DNA of 64,000 bases from an uncultured Fibrobacterota bacterium (GTDB taxonomy: Bacteria > Fibrobacterota > Chitinivibrionia > Chitinivibrionales > FEN-1185). The position numbers were made by a program, and so were the translations under genes. Positions 1 through 9,758 of this stretch are shown piece by piece. Every line of letters begins with the position of its first letter. Position 1 is the first letter of the stretch. The DNA is taken from the NCBI GenBank assembly GCA_963729895.1, contig CAVSQB010000013.1, positions 5,051 to 69,050 of the forward strand, given 5' to 3'. The notes under the pieces were generated by a model. It saw only the letters and a program-made list of their open reading frames with translations. It had not been told where the DNA came from and did no database searches.

Positions 1-524
1 CCGTCAAATATGAAGAATTCGCCGATTAGAAGAAGGGTTTTGCACCTCCAGCTAAGAAGCGCCGGGAAGGCAAATCCGTAGTAGTGCTCGGACACCTCAC
101 CGTCTCTGATCTTTGCGCCTTCAAGAGCCAAAGCATCCTGAAGCATGATGGCTTTCAACCTTGACGCTTGGAGAGAAGCCCCCAGCTTCCAAATCTCCGC
201 GTTTTGCTTCATTTTTCGGTTGGTTCGAATAATCAGTGATTTCAATGCTTGATACTCCGCCCGCAGTTTCCGGGCAATTCGATATTTCATACGTATGTCT
301 TCCGGTTTGTGTCCCGGATGCTGTTCTTCCGCCTGTTTGTTCAGGGCAAAGAAGGGCTTCGCGAATGGCGGTTCGTCGCTAGTCCGATAGTTCAAGAACG
401 AATAAAGAAATTCGTCTTCGGACGGATACTTCCGTATTTCGTCCGCAAGCTTTATGGCCCACTCCTTCGGGGTAAGTTTAGTTTCCACATTGTCAATGCG
501 TTTTAAAAATGAGCTTGTTATCAT
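1..524 (-). CDS. Hypothetical protein, runs off the window edge (MITSSFLKRIDNVETKLTPKEWAIKLADEIRK...)
   Basis: Translated by hand; open from ATG 524-522 to base 1; TAATG overlap with the stop of the upstream ORF; absent from the ORF track. Confidence 0.75.
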   Translation of the reverse strand, partial: MITSSFLKRIDNVETKLTPKEWAIKLADEIRKYPSEDEFLYSFLNYRTSDEPPFAKPFFALNKQAEEQHPGHKPEDIRMKYRIARKLRAEYQALKSLIIRTNRKMKQNAEIWKLGASLQASRLKAIMLQDALALEGAKIRDGEVSEHYYGFAFPALLSWRCKTLLLIGEFFIFD

Positions 525-946
525 TAGTCAAGTCCTTGTATAGTAAGCTCCGATGTCGGTCTGTTCGTTTTTACAGCCGCTTCGATTGCTTCAATGCGTT
601 TCTCGATGTCGCTTTGTTCTACGGCCTTGATAATCACGTTTGCAAGATATCCGACTGCGTTGGCGACCCGTGGGTCGATTTCGCCTTTCCTGACTTGGTT
701 AATGGTTTCCGACAGAAGCGGAACGGTGTCTTGACAATTTTGAATCTTCACGTCCGGCGTGTCTTCGTCAAGCGTCTTCATGTGGTTGTGCCGCCCGCCC
801 AAGGATTGCGCTTCCCGCCTTCGTTCCGCCTTCGCGGGGTCGTGGAAGAAACAGTACTCCGATCCCGGCAGTGCGGCTGCCTGGCAATCCGAGCCGTCCG
901 GTTTCTTGGCCTTACAGGGGGTCTTGTCGGTTCGCTGATTTTCCAT
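524..946 (-). CDS. Small CCCH zinc-finger protein (HGGxSTG/DUF5763-like N-terminus), element-associated
   Basis: CKAKKPDGSDC-x10-CFFH motif followed by a helical region ending IEKRIEAIEAA. Confidence 0.6.
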   Translation of the reverse strand: MENQRTDKTPCKAKKPDGSDCQAAALPGSEYCFFHDPAKAERRREAQSLGGRHNHMKTLDEDTPDVKIQNCQDTVPLLSETINQVRKGEIDPRVANAVGYLANVIIKAVEQSDIEKRIEAIEAAVKTNRPTSELTIQGLD

Positions 947-1008
947 TTCTTGCCTACTCTAGTTACTTAACAAGGCCGGGGTGTATGCCGTCCAAGGTCC
1001 GCACGGTT

Positions 1009-1105
1009 TTCCTGTTTTCCAGTTCACCAACAAACTGACTGGTTTTTTGGAAAGCAAAAAACCGGAGAACTAGGAAAAACAGGTTCTTCTTCCTGTTTTC
1101 CAGTT
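1009..1105. repeat. Iteron-like repeats, putative replication origin
   Basis: TTCCTGTTTTCCAGTT at 1009-1024 and 1090-1105, plus an inverted variant at 1068-1083, directly downstream of the primase-helicase. Confidence 0.55.
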
Positions 1106-1146
1106 TTCCGTTTACTATAAGGGCACACACATCACTACTTAACGAA

Positions 1147-3012
1147 TTAAGCTGTCCGATAGTATGTTGCATTCTTTGCCCCCTTTTCTGTTGTCACGGT
1201 TCCAGAACTTTCCAATCGTTGCAAGGAGTTCGTCGTTCTCTGTCTGCTTATCTTCATCGCTGCCGTCTTGGCTATTACAACAGTTTGGTTGATCCGCCCG
1301 GTTTCCCTGATAACCTTCAACACAGTTTCGTCATCCTGGCCGGTGGTCGTTCCGTGTCTGCATGGCTCCTTTAGCGGCACGCTGTCAAGCATCGGATCAA
1401 CCTTGTGAAGCGGGTATTCCCATTGAAGAGACAGGGGCTTTTGTGGCTTGAAATCCCGGAGCGCAAATTCCATACGGTATGCCTCGTTCGCTTCTAATGC
1501 CGTAAGTGTGCAGATTGCGTCCGCGTCACGCATTGGAGCCCCGCTGCCCACTATGCGGTCGATTGCTTCCTTGCCGGTTGCAGAACCCTTTGCAAAGTGG
1601 GTGACAGTTACCGGGGAAATACCATTCCGAGAAAAATGCCGATCAATGAACCCATAGAGGTAGGCCATATCCGCCGAACTGTTCTCTGAAAAACTTGACC
1701 GTTGAGAGGATCGCAACAGCTTATACTGTGGGTCAATTATGGCGGCTGAAATGTTTTTCCCGTCAATTGCCGATGCAATAGCCGGGAACAACTCTTCGAT
1801 GTCCATTCCGTATCCGCGTAAATGATGATACGCGATATTCGCGGGCATAGGCCATTGCAAAGCATCGGCGATTGCCTTGACTCGATGCATGTATGATCCG
1901 TCGTCCAGCTCGAAATTGACGATGTAGACGTTCCCTTGTTTGCAGGGGATTCCGGGAAACCACTCGCGGCCCAAGGCTATTGCAAGGGCAAGGCGAATTG
2001 CAAGAAAACTCTTGAACGCTTTCGATGGCGCGCCGATAAGCAGCTTGTGGGACTGCCGGAGAATCCCGCCGATAAGTTCGGGCTTTAGGTTTGGAATACC
2101 ATTTTGGATATAGTGCGCGCCCCACACTATTTCCGGTAGGCTGCATGCTTCTTCCTGTTCTTGATTAGCCGTGGGCCTTTGATTGTCCGTCAAACCCCTT
2201 GCATAGCCGTCCCTTGCTGCTTCACTGGCTTCTCGTGGATCAAGGCCGCACAATTGCGCGCCGCATTCGAGTAATTTCCGGGAAACCCCTTCTTGAATTC
2301 GTTTTTGTCCCATTTCCCGCGCTGCCGCGTAAAGGGCATTATGCCTGCCTCCCGGTTCAACGAATCCGAGAAGACAATCAAGCGTTGCATTTGTTAAACT
2401 TATCGGTATTTTCTGGGGAAGGGTTGCAACTGCCTTCTCCCACGATCCGCTTATGAAGGTATCCCCTCTTGTTTGCGGGTTAGGATCGTTAGGAAGCCAA
2501 AACTGTGTAAGTTTTTCAGTCTTTGGGAATAGCTCAATCCGGCCAGTCCTATTGAAACCCCATGAGCGGATTATATTCAAGAAGTTTAGAATGTCCATCG
2601 ACTGATTCAACAGATAAACAGCCCGAATGCCTCGGCCACTCTTGCTATGAAATAGAACAGGCTCCGATTGAAGAAAGCGCGCCGTTTTCGCTTGCAAATG
2701 GACATTCGATTGCTGTCCCTCGTGGGCATCATGGTCCAGGGCAAAATATGACACCTTCCCGCCTTGATGCGGCACGATACCAAGACGTGTCGGATGTTCA
2801 AGGGTAAACGTTTTATTGGCCTTGTTTCGAGTTACGAAGGAAATGCCCGGCAGGGTGCCGCGATTCCAGCATTCTATCGCCCTTTTGCATTCCTCTCTTC
2901 CGTAAAGCCAGCCAAATACTAAATCGGAATTTTGCAGACAGACATTTCTTTCCTCAGACCAAGGAAGGAGTTTTTCGGCAAGCTGTAAACGGTCCATATC
3001 TAGTCCTGGCAT
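1147..3012 (-). CDS. AEP primase-PriCT-AAA_25 (RepA-like) helicase fusion
   Basis: DHD and SKSGRG AEP-like motifs; GGRHNAL PriCT-like segment; Walker A GAPSKAFKS; IIDP Walker B; HFAK and GSGA motifs; probable C-terminal wHTH. Confidence 0.8.
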   Translation of the reverse strand: MPGLDMDRLQLAEKLLPWSEERNVCLQNSDLVFGWLYGREECKRAIECWNRGTLPGISFVTRNKANKTFTLEHPTRLGIVPHQGGKVSYFALDHDAHEGQQSNVHLQAKTARFLQSEPVLFHSKSGRGIRAVYLLNQSMDILNFLNIIRSWGFNRTGRIELFPKTEKLTQFWLPNDPNPQTRGDTFISGSWEKAVATLPQKIPISLTNATLDCLLGFVEPGGRHNALYAAAREMGQKRIQEGVSRKLLECGAQLCGLDPREASEAARDGYARGLTDNQRPTANQEQEEACSLPEIVWGAHYIQNGIPNLKPELIGGILRQSHKLLIGAPSKAFKSFLAIRLALAIALGREWFPGIPCKQGNVYIVNFELDDGSYMHRVKAIADALQWPMPANIAYHHLRGYGMDIEELFPAIASAIDGKNISAAIIDPQYKLLRSSQRSSFSENSSADMAYLYGFIDRHFSRNGISPVTVTHFAKGSATGKEAIDRIVGSGAPMRDADAICTLTALEANEAYRMEFALRDFKPQKPLSLQWEYPLHKVDPMLDSVPLKEPCRHGTTTGQDDETVLKVIRETGRINQTVVIAKTAAMKISRQRTTNSLQRLESSGTVTTEKGAKNATYYRTA

Positions 3013-3221
3013 CCTACAATAGCCGCTAATTTTGAGGCTTCCGCATTGCTCATTGCTTTTTCAAGGATGCGTCTTTCCTCACTTGTTAATACAATAAACC
3101 CATTCAGCTTTGAAGACGCCACTCCCGGCGCAACGCCTATGGCGTTTCCTACTTCGCGGTTGGTCCATCCAATTTGCCGCTTGCGTTCAAGCAGGTCTGC
3201 CTGTTTTTCGAATATCATCAT
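3000..3221 (-). CDS. Cro/XRE-like HTH DNA-binding protein
   Basis: WTNREVGNAIGVAPGVASSKLNG HTH; RBS-like AAGGTGG before ATG 3221; overlaps the primase start. Confidence 0.7.
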   Translation of the reverse strand: MMIFEKQADLLERKRQIGWTNREVGNAIGVAPGVASSKLNGFIVLTSEERRILEKAMSNAEASKLAAIVGCQD

Positions 3222-3247
3222 TTCCACCTTTTCCAATTGTGCAACTA

Positions 3248-3288
3248 CAAACAAAAAACCCGCATTGCTTTGGGTAAACAATGCGGGT
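3248..3288 (-). terminator. Rho-independent terminator
   Basis: Perfect 10-bp stem ACCCGCATTG/CAATGCGGGT followed by TTTTT on the - strand, downstream of the 526-aa gene. Confidence 0.7.
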
Positions 3289-3331
3289 ATCAGATACCGC
3301 CCTTATTAAAAAATGTCGGTTTTAAGCAGAA

Positions 3332-4912
3332 TTAAGCATTTTCGTGTTCCATTTCGTCATTGTATCCGTTACCATATTGCATTTCTTTTGCCTCGTCTTT
3401 GCATTCTGCCTCTGTCATGCCTGAATAATTGGGGTTGTATCTTGTCGTTTGCCGGTCTAGCGCGTCCTTTTTGATTACCTTGATGCCGCCCGGAAGTGGA
3501 TTCCCATGTATTCCAGGAAATAACATCCTAAGTGCTTTATTTGCCCTCGCCAAATCATTCTTGTCAAAGGTGTCTCTGTCACCTTCGTTGAAAGCATAAA
3601 ATCTGATTGCTTTCCATATTTTTGTTGGTCTTGCGGCGCTATTCTTCCGATTGTCTCCAAGGTGTAATTCAACAAAAGAATAATCACGCCCCTTCTTGCC
3701 GTTTTTGCTGATGTAAATTGATAGCGTGCTTGTATTACTCAAACACAATTCATTCCACTTTGTAATAATTGGCAAGCTGGACATCGGTTCCGCCTTACTC
3801 TCTGTCCTCTCTAGCTTTGGTCGTGCGTCAATACCTACTAATGCTAATTTGTCAATCATATCTATGGGGCACTCACGCTTCAAAGTGCTTAATGACGATA
3901 GCTTCGCCCACAGTATTTGCAGTAAAGCTAACCGCACTTCCACTTCATGGTTCTTTTTTACAGCTATTTTATGCACAAGATCAAAGTCCCGCGCTCCCAT
4001 AGATCCCGCCCTATTGGCGCGATCCTTCCTCTTTATTTCTTCTTCCCAAAATCGTGTTGTTTGTTCAGCATAATTCAGAAATTGCTTTTCTTTGTCCTGC
4101 GTATAAGGGTTGGGGAAAATCCATTCCCCAAATCCCCCAAATCCATCGCCTATATCTTGCGTTTTGTGCGGGCTATCCGCCTGCCTTAATTTGTCTTCCC
4201 AAAAGCGTATTGCTTCTTTGACATAATCCGGAAGTTCCGGCGTACCACTTCCAAGATAGTTGTTGGGGAGAAACCAATCCTTTAACCCTCTGCCTTGCGG
4301 TATGTTTGTAGATTCCATCTTATGCCCCCATCCGGGCGTTCCGCTTTGTGGCAGGGTGAAAGGCAGGTTGTCTTCGCCCGCCTCGGACTCCGACGCGCAC
4401 TTTGCTTTCCAGTATTCTATTTCCGCTTCGATACTCTTGACCACATACCTAAAATCCTTATGGAGACTTTTTCCCAATACGGCTCTTTTCCCCAAAGGCG
4501 AAAGGGATTCAATTTTCGCCGCCCGTTGCTTTGCCTCCCTTAACAACCAGCTAAGGTATTCGTTCACATGAACCGGGCTATTCAATGATTCGTAAAACTT
4601 CCTTATCTTGTCCAAGTTAAAATCGAATGTTTTGAAATTGGTCTTCGTCATCCTTTTCCCACTCCGGGGATTCACCTTTTCGATAGATTTTATTAGTTCG
4701 ATTTTCTCGGTAAGGCGCTCAATACGCCTGTAATCTTTTGGTTCATTTTCAATGGATAATAAGAATTCGGGAGTAGCGCCCAAGGTTTTCGCTTTTGCGT
4801 ACAATTTATGATACCGCTCCTTCTCCTCTTTCTGCATTGCCACTTGATGTTTGAAAAATGGTCGCGCGTTCCTAAAGGCTTCGAGAAGGGCTGCTTCCTG
4901 TTGCGGGTCCAT
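3332..4912 (-). CDS. Hypothetical protein with an internal repeat and possible C-terminal wHTH
   Basis: 526-aa ORF starting 5 bp after the R-M gene stop. Confidence 0.65.
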   Translation of the reverse strand: MDPQQEAALLEAFRNARPFFKHQVAMQKEEKERYHKLYAKAKTLGATPEFLLSIENEPKDYRRIERLTEKIELIKSIEKVNPRSGKRMTKTNFKTFDFNLDKIRKFYESLNSPVHVNEYLSWLLREAKQRAAKIESLSPLGKRAVLGKSLHKDFRYVVKSIEAEIEYWKAKCASESEAGEDNLPFTLPQSGTPGWGHKMESTNIPQGRGLKDWFLPNNYLGSGTPELPDYVKEAIRFWEDKLRQADSPHKTQDIGDGFGGFGEWIFPNPYTQDKEKQFLNYAEQTTRFWEEEIKRKDRANRAGSMGARDFDLVHKIAVKKNHEVEVRLALLQILWAKLSSLSTLKRECPIDMIDKLALVGIDARPKLERTESKAEPMSSLPIITKWNELCLSNTSTLSIYISKNGKKGRDYSFVELHLGDNRKNSAARPTKIWKAIRFYAFNEGDRDTFDKNDLARANKALRMLFPGIHGNPLPGGIKVIKKDALDRQTTRYNPNYSGMTEAECKDEAKEMQYGNGYNDEMEHENA

Positions 4913-4917
4913 AGGGG

Positions 4918-7848
4918 TCAGTTCTTTGTTGACTCTTCCACGATCTTTATTTCTTCGGGCGTAAGGCCGTACAGCTCGTAGACAAGTTCGTCAATTCGGC
5001 GGTCGGCGGATTCGATTTGTCGCTGGATAAATGTCTTATCCTGGTCAGTTTTGGCCTGGGGCAGTGTTTTATTGAGGTCAGTCATTGTCGCAACCAAAGA
5101 AACTATCCTATCGTAATTGGACTTCTCTGTGACACTCTCAAAGTCAACCGGATGAATCGGCAGCGCTGCGAGCTCGTAAATTCTAATTTCTGGAAATGTT
5201 TTGTTAACCCTGTTGTATTTCTTCTTAAAGTAATATGCAATCAACTTAGAGTTTAGTATACCCAATAGATATTTGGCGATTCCATCATTCTTCGGCTTCA
5301 CAATTTGCAGTAGTTGGCTTGTTACATATTTATCTTCGGTAAATGTTCCAATTAATCTTTCGCCAACAATGCGTCGAATCAGTAATCGCTTGCCCTCAAA
5401 TAAAGACGCCGCACGTGGTGCTGCTAGATTTTCGCCGTATTTTAACCACCGTTTCTTCCACTCGATGGAATATCGGTTAACATCCTTCCCTTCCAAATAC
5501 TTCCTGTAGGTTGAGTCCGCTCTTTGATTACTCTCGAAAATATGGTTTTGAGCGTCTGATGGTTTTTGTGGAGGTATGCCTTTGCCTGTCTCATATACCT
5601 TGATGCCAAATTTTACTTCCGCAAGAGATTCTAAAGAACAAGATTGGGCTTCTATCCGCAAGCGCAGGTTCGCATCCTCACTCCTCAAGTTGAAATTTAT
5701 GATTTTGCTTTCGTCGTGTAGCCACAATCTTTGCGGTACACTCTGTGACAAAAGAAGCCCCTGGTCTGTCGGCCTGAGTATTGCCGTTTGGCAATTTTCG
5801 TCAATCATCTTCTTGAGAATAGTAATAATTGGCAAAACCACCACTTTCCCAAAGACTGAAACATTAGAATAATCCGCAATGCTTATAATAGAAGTGTTTT
5901 GGAGAATATGAGTTCTGAGTTTTAGATTACTTTGATTGTTCAACCATGTATTTGGTGTAATAAAACCTATAACCCCATTTTCCCGCAGTAATGAAATGCC
6001 CTTTTCCCAGAATAGAGCGTACATGTCAAATTGATATTCGGCAACTTTGTACTTGTTTATGAAATACTCATATTTATTGCCGTTAGATTCTTTCCATTCT
6101 CTGCCTCCTAAATACGGCGGATTTCCTATCACCGCATCGAATCCCCCGTCTCTCATTATCTCCGGGAACCTTGCCTGCCAGTCGAAGGAATTTATTTCCC
6201 TTACTTCTTCCTTGTTGTTTTCATACAAAGCCATTTCCTCTTGAACCCCCACATAAAAATCCGGTTCAATGAGCGAATTCCCGCACTGAATATTTCTATT
6301 GAGCGACGGCAGCACAGTTTCACCGCTTTCCGCTCTCAGGGAGGCGGCAGTCGTGCCCAGGGTTTCGTTCTCCAACAACTTCAAGTATAGGGATAGCTGG
6401 GAGACTTCGACGGCTTGCTGGTCTATGTCCACTCCGTAAATGTTGTTGAGCAGGATTTCCCGTTTCTTGTGTAGGGTAAGGCATAGCGCGCCTTCGCGTT
6501 CGACACAATCCCGCGCCGTGGCCTGCTTCGGGTTCTTGTTGTAGTGGCTGGCGTGGTATCGTATCAAGCAGTCATAAGCCCCTAGAAGGAAGGAGCCGCT
6601 TCCACAAGCGATATCAGCGAATCGCATCCCGGTAATTTCTTCCGGCGTTTTGTCTTCAATCAGCTTGCCGATTGTGTTCTCAACGATGTACCGGACTATG
6701 TACTCAGGCGTGTAAAAAACCCCGCCTGCTTTTTTTACCTCGGGCTTTTCTTCCACCTTGGCGCGCTTTGCCGTCGTGGTGATGATCTTTCCCAGGAAAC
6801 GCTCGTAAATGCTTCCAAGAATGTGAATGGGGATTTTGTCGAAGTCGTAAGGAGTGTTCTTGCTGGAAAGCTTCTCACAAATATCCGCAAATGCGTCTTC
6901 ATCGAATTTGAAATCCGGCGCGTCAAGAATGCTATGCTTTTTGTATATGGTGCCGTTGTATACCTTGTCGAGTTTTCGGCACGTCGAAACGAAATCTTTC
7001 CAAGGGCTGTCATTTCTTGCCCCAAAATTGGAAATAATGTCTTCGGGTTCAATCAGCTTATCTTCCAGAAACCGGATGAACACGAGGCGGTCTATGGTCC
7101 GCTGCACAATCTCGGTGAGCGCCCAATGGTCCAGTTCCGCGTTTCCGTTCTTGAATGCGTGCGCAAGTGTGTTGCGGTAGCCGTCAAGCTCGTCGAGAAG
7201 CGCCTCGTCAATAGGCTTGTAACCACCCTTGAATAGCCCAAGCTGCACGGCCCCGCCCCGCGCTTTGGGAAGCTCCAACGTTCTTTTTTCAATGGAGCCG
7301 CCCGCCACTGCTTCGCGGGAAAACAGATAATAGATTTCGGCGAACTTCTCTTTATTCAGGTAGTCTTGATATGTGTATTTCTTTACAAAACGGTCAAGGG
7401 CCGTATCTATGGAAGGCGTATAGCGGCAATCAAGGACGTGAAGCTGTTCAAAATCGGTGAGGATTGCGAGCGGCGTTTCGCTACTATATCCATAGCGGAT
7501 AGTCTGGAAGTAGTCGTCGGCGTTGGCTATGTCCACCGAAGGCTTCTTCGCTTCGGCGTAAAATGCCACGTCCCGGAAGTTCGGCGCGACGTAGAAAGCA
7601 TAGTCGGCGCGCTTTCTCTTCCCTTGCGCGTTCACATTTGATTCAATGTGCGCTTCTTGCTCGTAAGGGTTCTTGTCGGTCTCGTGGTTCACGTCCCAGC
7701 CCAGGGCAATAAAGAATTTGTCTATGAAGTCGTGCCGGGCTGCTTGTTCGGAATAGGCCGGGGTGAGGTAGTAATCTTTGTTGGCGTCGAAGTCTTCGAC
7801 AAGCTTCTTGACGGTGTCGAAGGCGGTTTCAAGAGTGGTTTGAAGCAC
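4918..7848 (-). CDS. Type IIG restriction-modification enzyme (nuclease + N6-adenine MTase + TaqI-C-like specificity domain)
   Basis: ADY...EAKKP PD-(D/E)xK nuclease; GVFYTP; DIACGSGSFL motif I; GNPPY motif IV; C-terminal IDELVYELYGLT. Confidence 0.9.
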   Translation of the reverse strand: MLQTTLETAFDTVKKLVEDFDANKDYYLTPAYSEQAARHDFIDKFFIALGWDVNHETDKNPYEQEAHIESNVNAQGKRKRADYAFYVAPNFRDVAFYAEAKKPSVDIANADDYFQTIRYGYSSETPLAILTDFEQLHVLDCRYTPSIDTALDRFVKKYTYQDYLNKEKFAEIYYLFSREAVAGGSIEKRTLELPKARGGAVQLGLFKGGYKPIDEALLDELDGYRNTLAHAFKNGNAELDHWALTEIVQRTIDRLVFIRFLEDKLIEPEDIISNFGARNDSPWKDFVSTCRKLDKVYNGTIYKKHSILDAPDFKFDEDAFADICEKLSSKNTPYDFDKIPIHILGSIYERFLGKIITTTAKRAKVEEKPEVKKAGGVFYTPEYIVRYIVENTIGKLIEDKTPEEITGMRFADIACGSGSFLLGAYDCLIRYHASHYNKNPKQATARDCVEREGALCLTLHKKREILLNNIYGVDIDQQAVEVSQLSLYLKLLENETLGTTAASLRAESGETVLPSLNRNIQCGNSLIEPDFYVGVQEEMALYENNKEEVREINSFDWQARFPEIMRDGGFDAVIGNPPYLGGREWKESNGNKYEYFINKYKVAEYQFDMYALFWEKGISLLRENGVIGFITPNTWLNNQSNLKLRTHILQNTSIISIADYSNVSVFGKVVVLPIITILKKMIDENCQTAILRPTDQGLLLSQSVPQRLWLHDESKIINFNLRSEDANLRLRIEAQSCSLESLAEVKFGIKVYETGKGIPPQKPSDAQNHIFESNQRADSTYRKYLEGKDVNRYSIEWKKRWLKYGENLAAPRAASLFEGKRLLIRRIVGERLIGTFTEDKYVTSQLLQIVKPKNDGIAKYLLGILNSKLIAYYFKKKYNRVNKTFPEIRIYELAALPIHPVDFESVTEKSNYDRIVSLVATMTDLNKTLPQAKTDQDKTFIQRQIESADRRIDELVYELYGLTPEEIKIVEESTKN

Positions 7849-7928
7849 GGCTCTCCCTTGTTAATGTCAAAAGGAAAACATCTAATGGAGGAAGTCCTTG
7901 CCCTATTTGTGTTTTTATGGTCATGTTC

Positions 7929-8972
7929 CTACTGTAAAATCCTCAAATGATTTTGATTAACGTATTTAGTTCTGAATTCATCTGTACATAGACACAAAAT
8001 ATTGCTCAAGTCATCAACGGTGTAGCTCAACTTATTGAAGTAAAGATCAATTATTTCATTAAGAAGATGGGGGGGTTCCTTGGGAATATCTATAGGCTCT
8101 CTTAAGCGGTATCCCGCCGAACTCATTTTCATGCAGATGTATTTGTATTTCTCAGCATCAATTTTGTTGAGTTTTTTTGCTCTCATTGCGATAGCCAACA
8201 TTGATGATTTCCAATATTCTTTAAGGTTCGCTAACCTGGAAAGAGTAAGATCAAATAAATCATCCTTTATATCGTAACCGGGCATTAAGAATTCGGAGGC
8301 AAACTCATTGGCCTCTTCTTCCATGCTGTTCGTCCAGGTTTGGTGCATTAATATATGTGCCAGTTCATGAGCGATTGTAAACCTGCACCGATCGGTTGGC
8401 ATGTTATTATTAATAAATAATAGAGGATACTTTTCTCCGTGATATAAAGAAAACCCAGAAACATAACGGGTACCAAAATCCATGGAAATGATAATAATGC
8501 CAACTGCCTCAACTACTTTCGAAAGGTTTGTTATTGGCCCTCTTGGGAGCTTCCAATCAAAACGTACCGCTCTTGCTATATCGGATATTCCCTCAAATTC
8601 ATCTAAATGGTAAGTCTTGAAACTCGTTTCAAGTTCTACATCTTGAAGAAGTCGGTTGACATGAATCCTTGTGATGTTGGCATTTGCTTCAATCCTCTTC
8701 TGATCCAAAGCCTTTAGCATTGATCCTTTTCTGTACTGAAATGCGGAGGACATGGGGACGATTTGTCCAGGTAAAAAGAAGAAGGATTCTGGATAGTTCA
8801 ATTCTTCCGAAAGCTTTTTTAATGTAACTTGAGAAATATCGGTCTTAGTACCGTGTTCTATTCTTGATAATACGGCCTGCGCTATGCCTAATTTTTCCGC
8901 AAGATTTGTCTGGCTTATTCCGCGAGATTCTCTGGCCAGGACGACGGAGTTATTATTAAGCTTGGGCTGCAT
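7929..8972 (-). CDS. XRE-HTH + ImmA/IrrE (peptidase M78) metallopeptidase; RmrA-like antitoxin candidate
   Basis: N-terminal SQTNLAEKLGIAQAVLSRIEHG HTH; RFTIAHELAH (HExxH); EEEANEFASEFLMP. Confidence 0.88.
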   Translation of the reverse strand: MQPKLNNNSVVLARESRGISQTNLAEKLGIAQAVLSRIEHGTKTDISQVTLKKLSEELNYPESFFFLPGQIVPMSSAFQYRKGSMLKALDQKRIEANANITRIHVNRLLQDVELETSFKTYHLDEFEGISDIARAVRFDWKLPRGPITNLSKVVEAVGIIIISMDFGTRYVSGFSLYHGEKYPLLFINNNMPTDRCRFTIAHELAHILMHQTWTNSMEEEANEFASEFLMPGYDIKDDLFDLTLSRLANLKEYWKSSMLAIAMRAKKLNKIDAEKYKYICMKMSSAGYRLREPIDIPKEPPHLLNEIIDLYFNKLSYTVDDLSNILCLCTDEFRTKYVNQNHLRILQ

Positions 8973-9549
8973 TTTGTTCCTTTTCTTTGATCTTAAGTTT
9001 TGGAGAAGTAACCGATACGTCTGCATCTTGAATTGCGGTCATAGGAATAATCGATTTCATGTATTCATCGTTTGTCAAATGGTGAACCCACCTATTTCCG
9101 TATGGCGATGGGCATGTAAGAAGTATTGATTCAATTTTTCGAAACAGCAAATCAGTTTGATATCCGCAATAAAGATGTACCGTATGCGGCATGTCGTCCA
9201 TTTCCATTTGCTGTACATATGCGTTATTTCTTTTTGTACGTACATTAGATGTTCGGCCATCCTGTCGGTGCTTTTTAAATTTTAGTGAGACCGTTTCTTT
9301 GAGGACGACTACAAGGGTTTCATTGAAATCTTCAATGATTCTTGTATCGTCTCTATCTGCGAATCGTGCCCTTGCAAGGCGTATCGTACTATCATAGATC
9401 AGCCTACTTCGAACGCTCGTACCGTGCAAATGCAAAAGGTTGGCGTATATTTCAAAATAATCTTCCCAACCGCCTTGAACGCAGTAGACCAAATCATCCC
9501 GGATAGGTTCGATAATTCTTTTCACCTCCTCGTAGTCGATCGCAGCCAT
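8956..9549 (-). CDS. Hypothetical partner of the HTH-IrrE protein (candidate toxin)
   Basis: RBS AAGGAG before ATG 9549; overlaps the IrrE gene start by 17 bp; FKK...SNVRT...LYCGY motif. Confidence 0.65.
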   Translation of the reverse strand: MAAIDYEEVKRIIEPIRDDLVYCVQGGWEDYFEIYANLLHLHGTSVRSRLIYDSTIRLARARFADRDDTRIIEDFNETLVVVLKETVSLKFKKHRQDGRTSNVRTKRNNAYVQQMEMDDMPHTVHLYCGYQTDLLFRKIESILLTCPSPYGNRWVHHLTNDEYMKSIIPMTAIQDADVSVTSPKLKIKEKEQNAAQA

Positions 9550-9758
9550 ACAAACTCCTTTTAGGAATGTTTTTGAAATATTCATACGCCCATAACAATA
9601 CATTAATTAACTGAAAAATGCAATTAAAATATTCAAAAACAATCCAAAATGGTATTTTTGAGCTAATTTAGTGGGTAGCTTCTGAAAAGTGTGGCAGATT
9701 TATTCATGCTTGAGTGGTCATTGGTTGCGCTATAAACGCATGCTGAAGACCAGATTCT

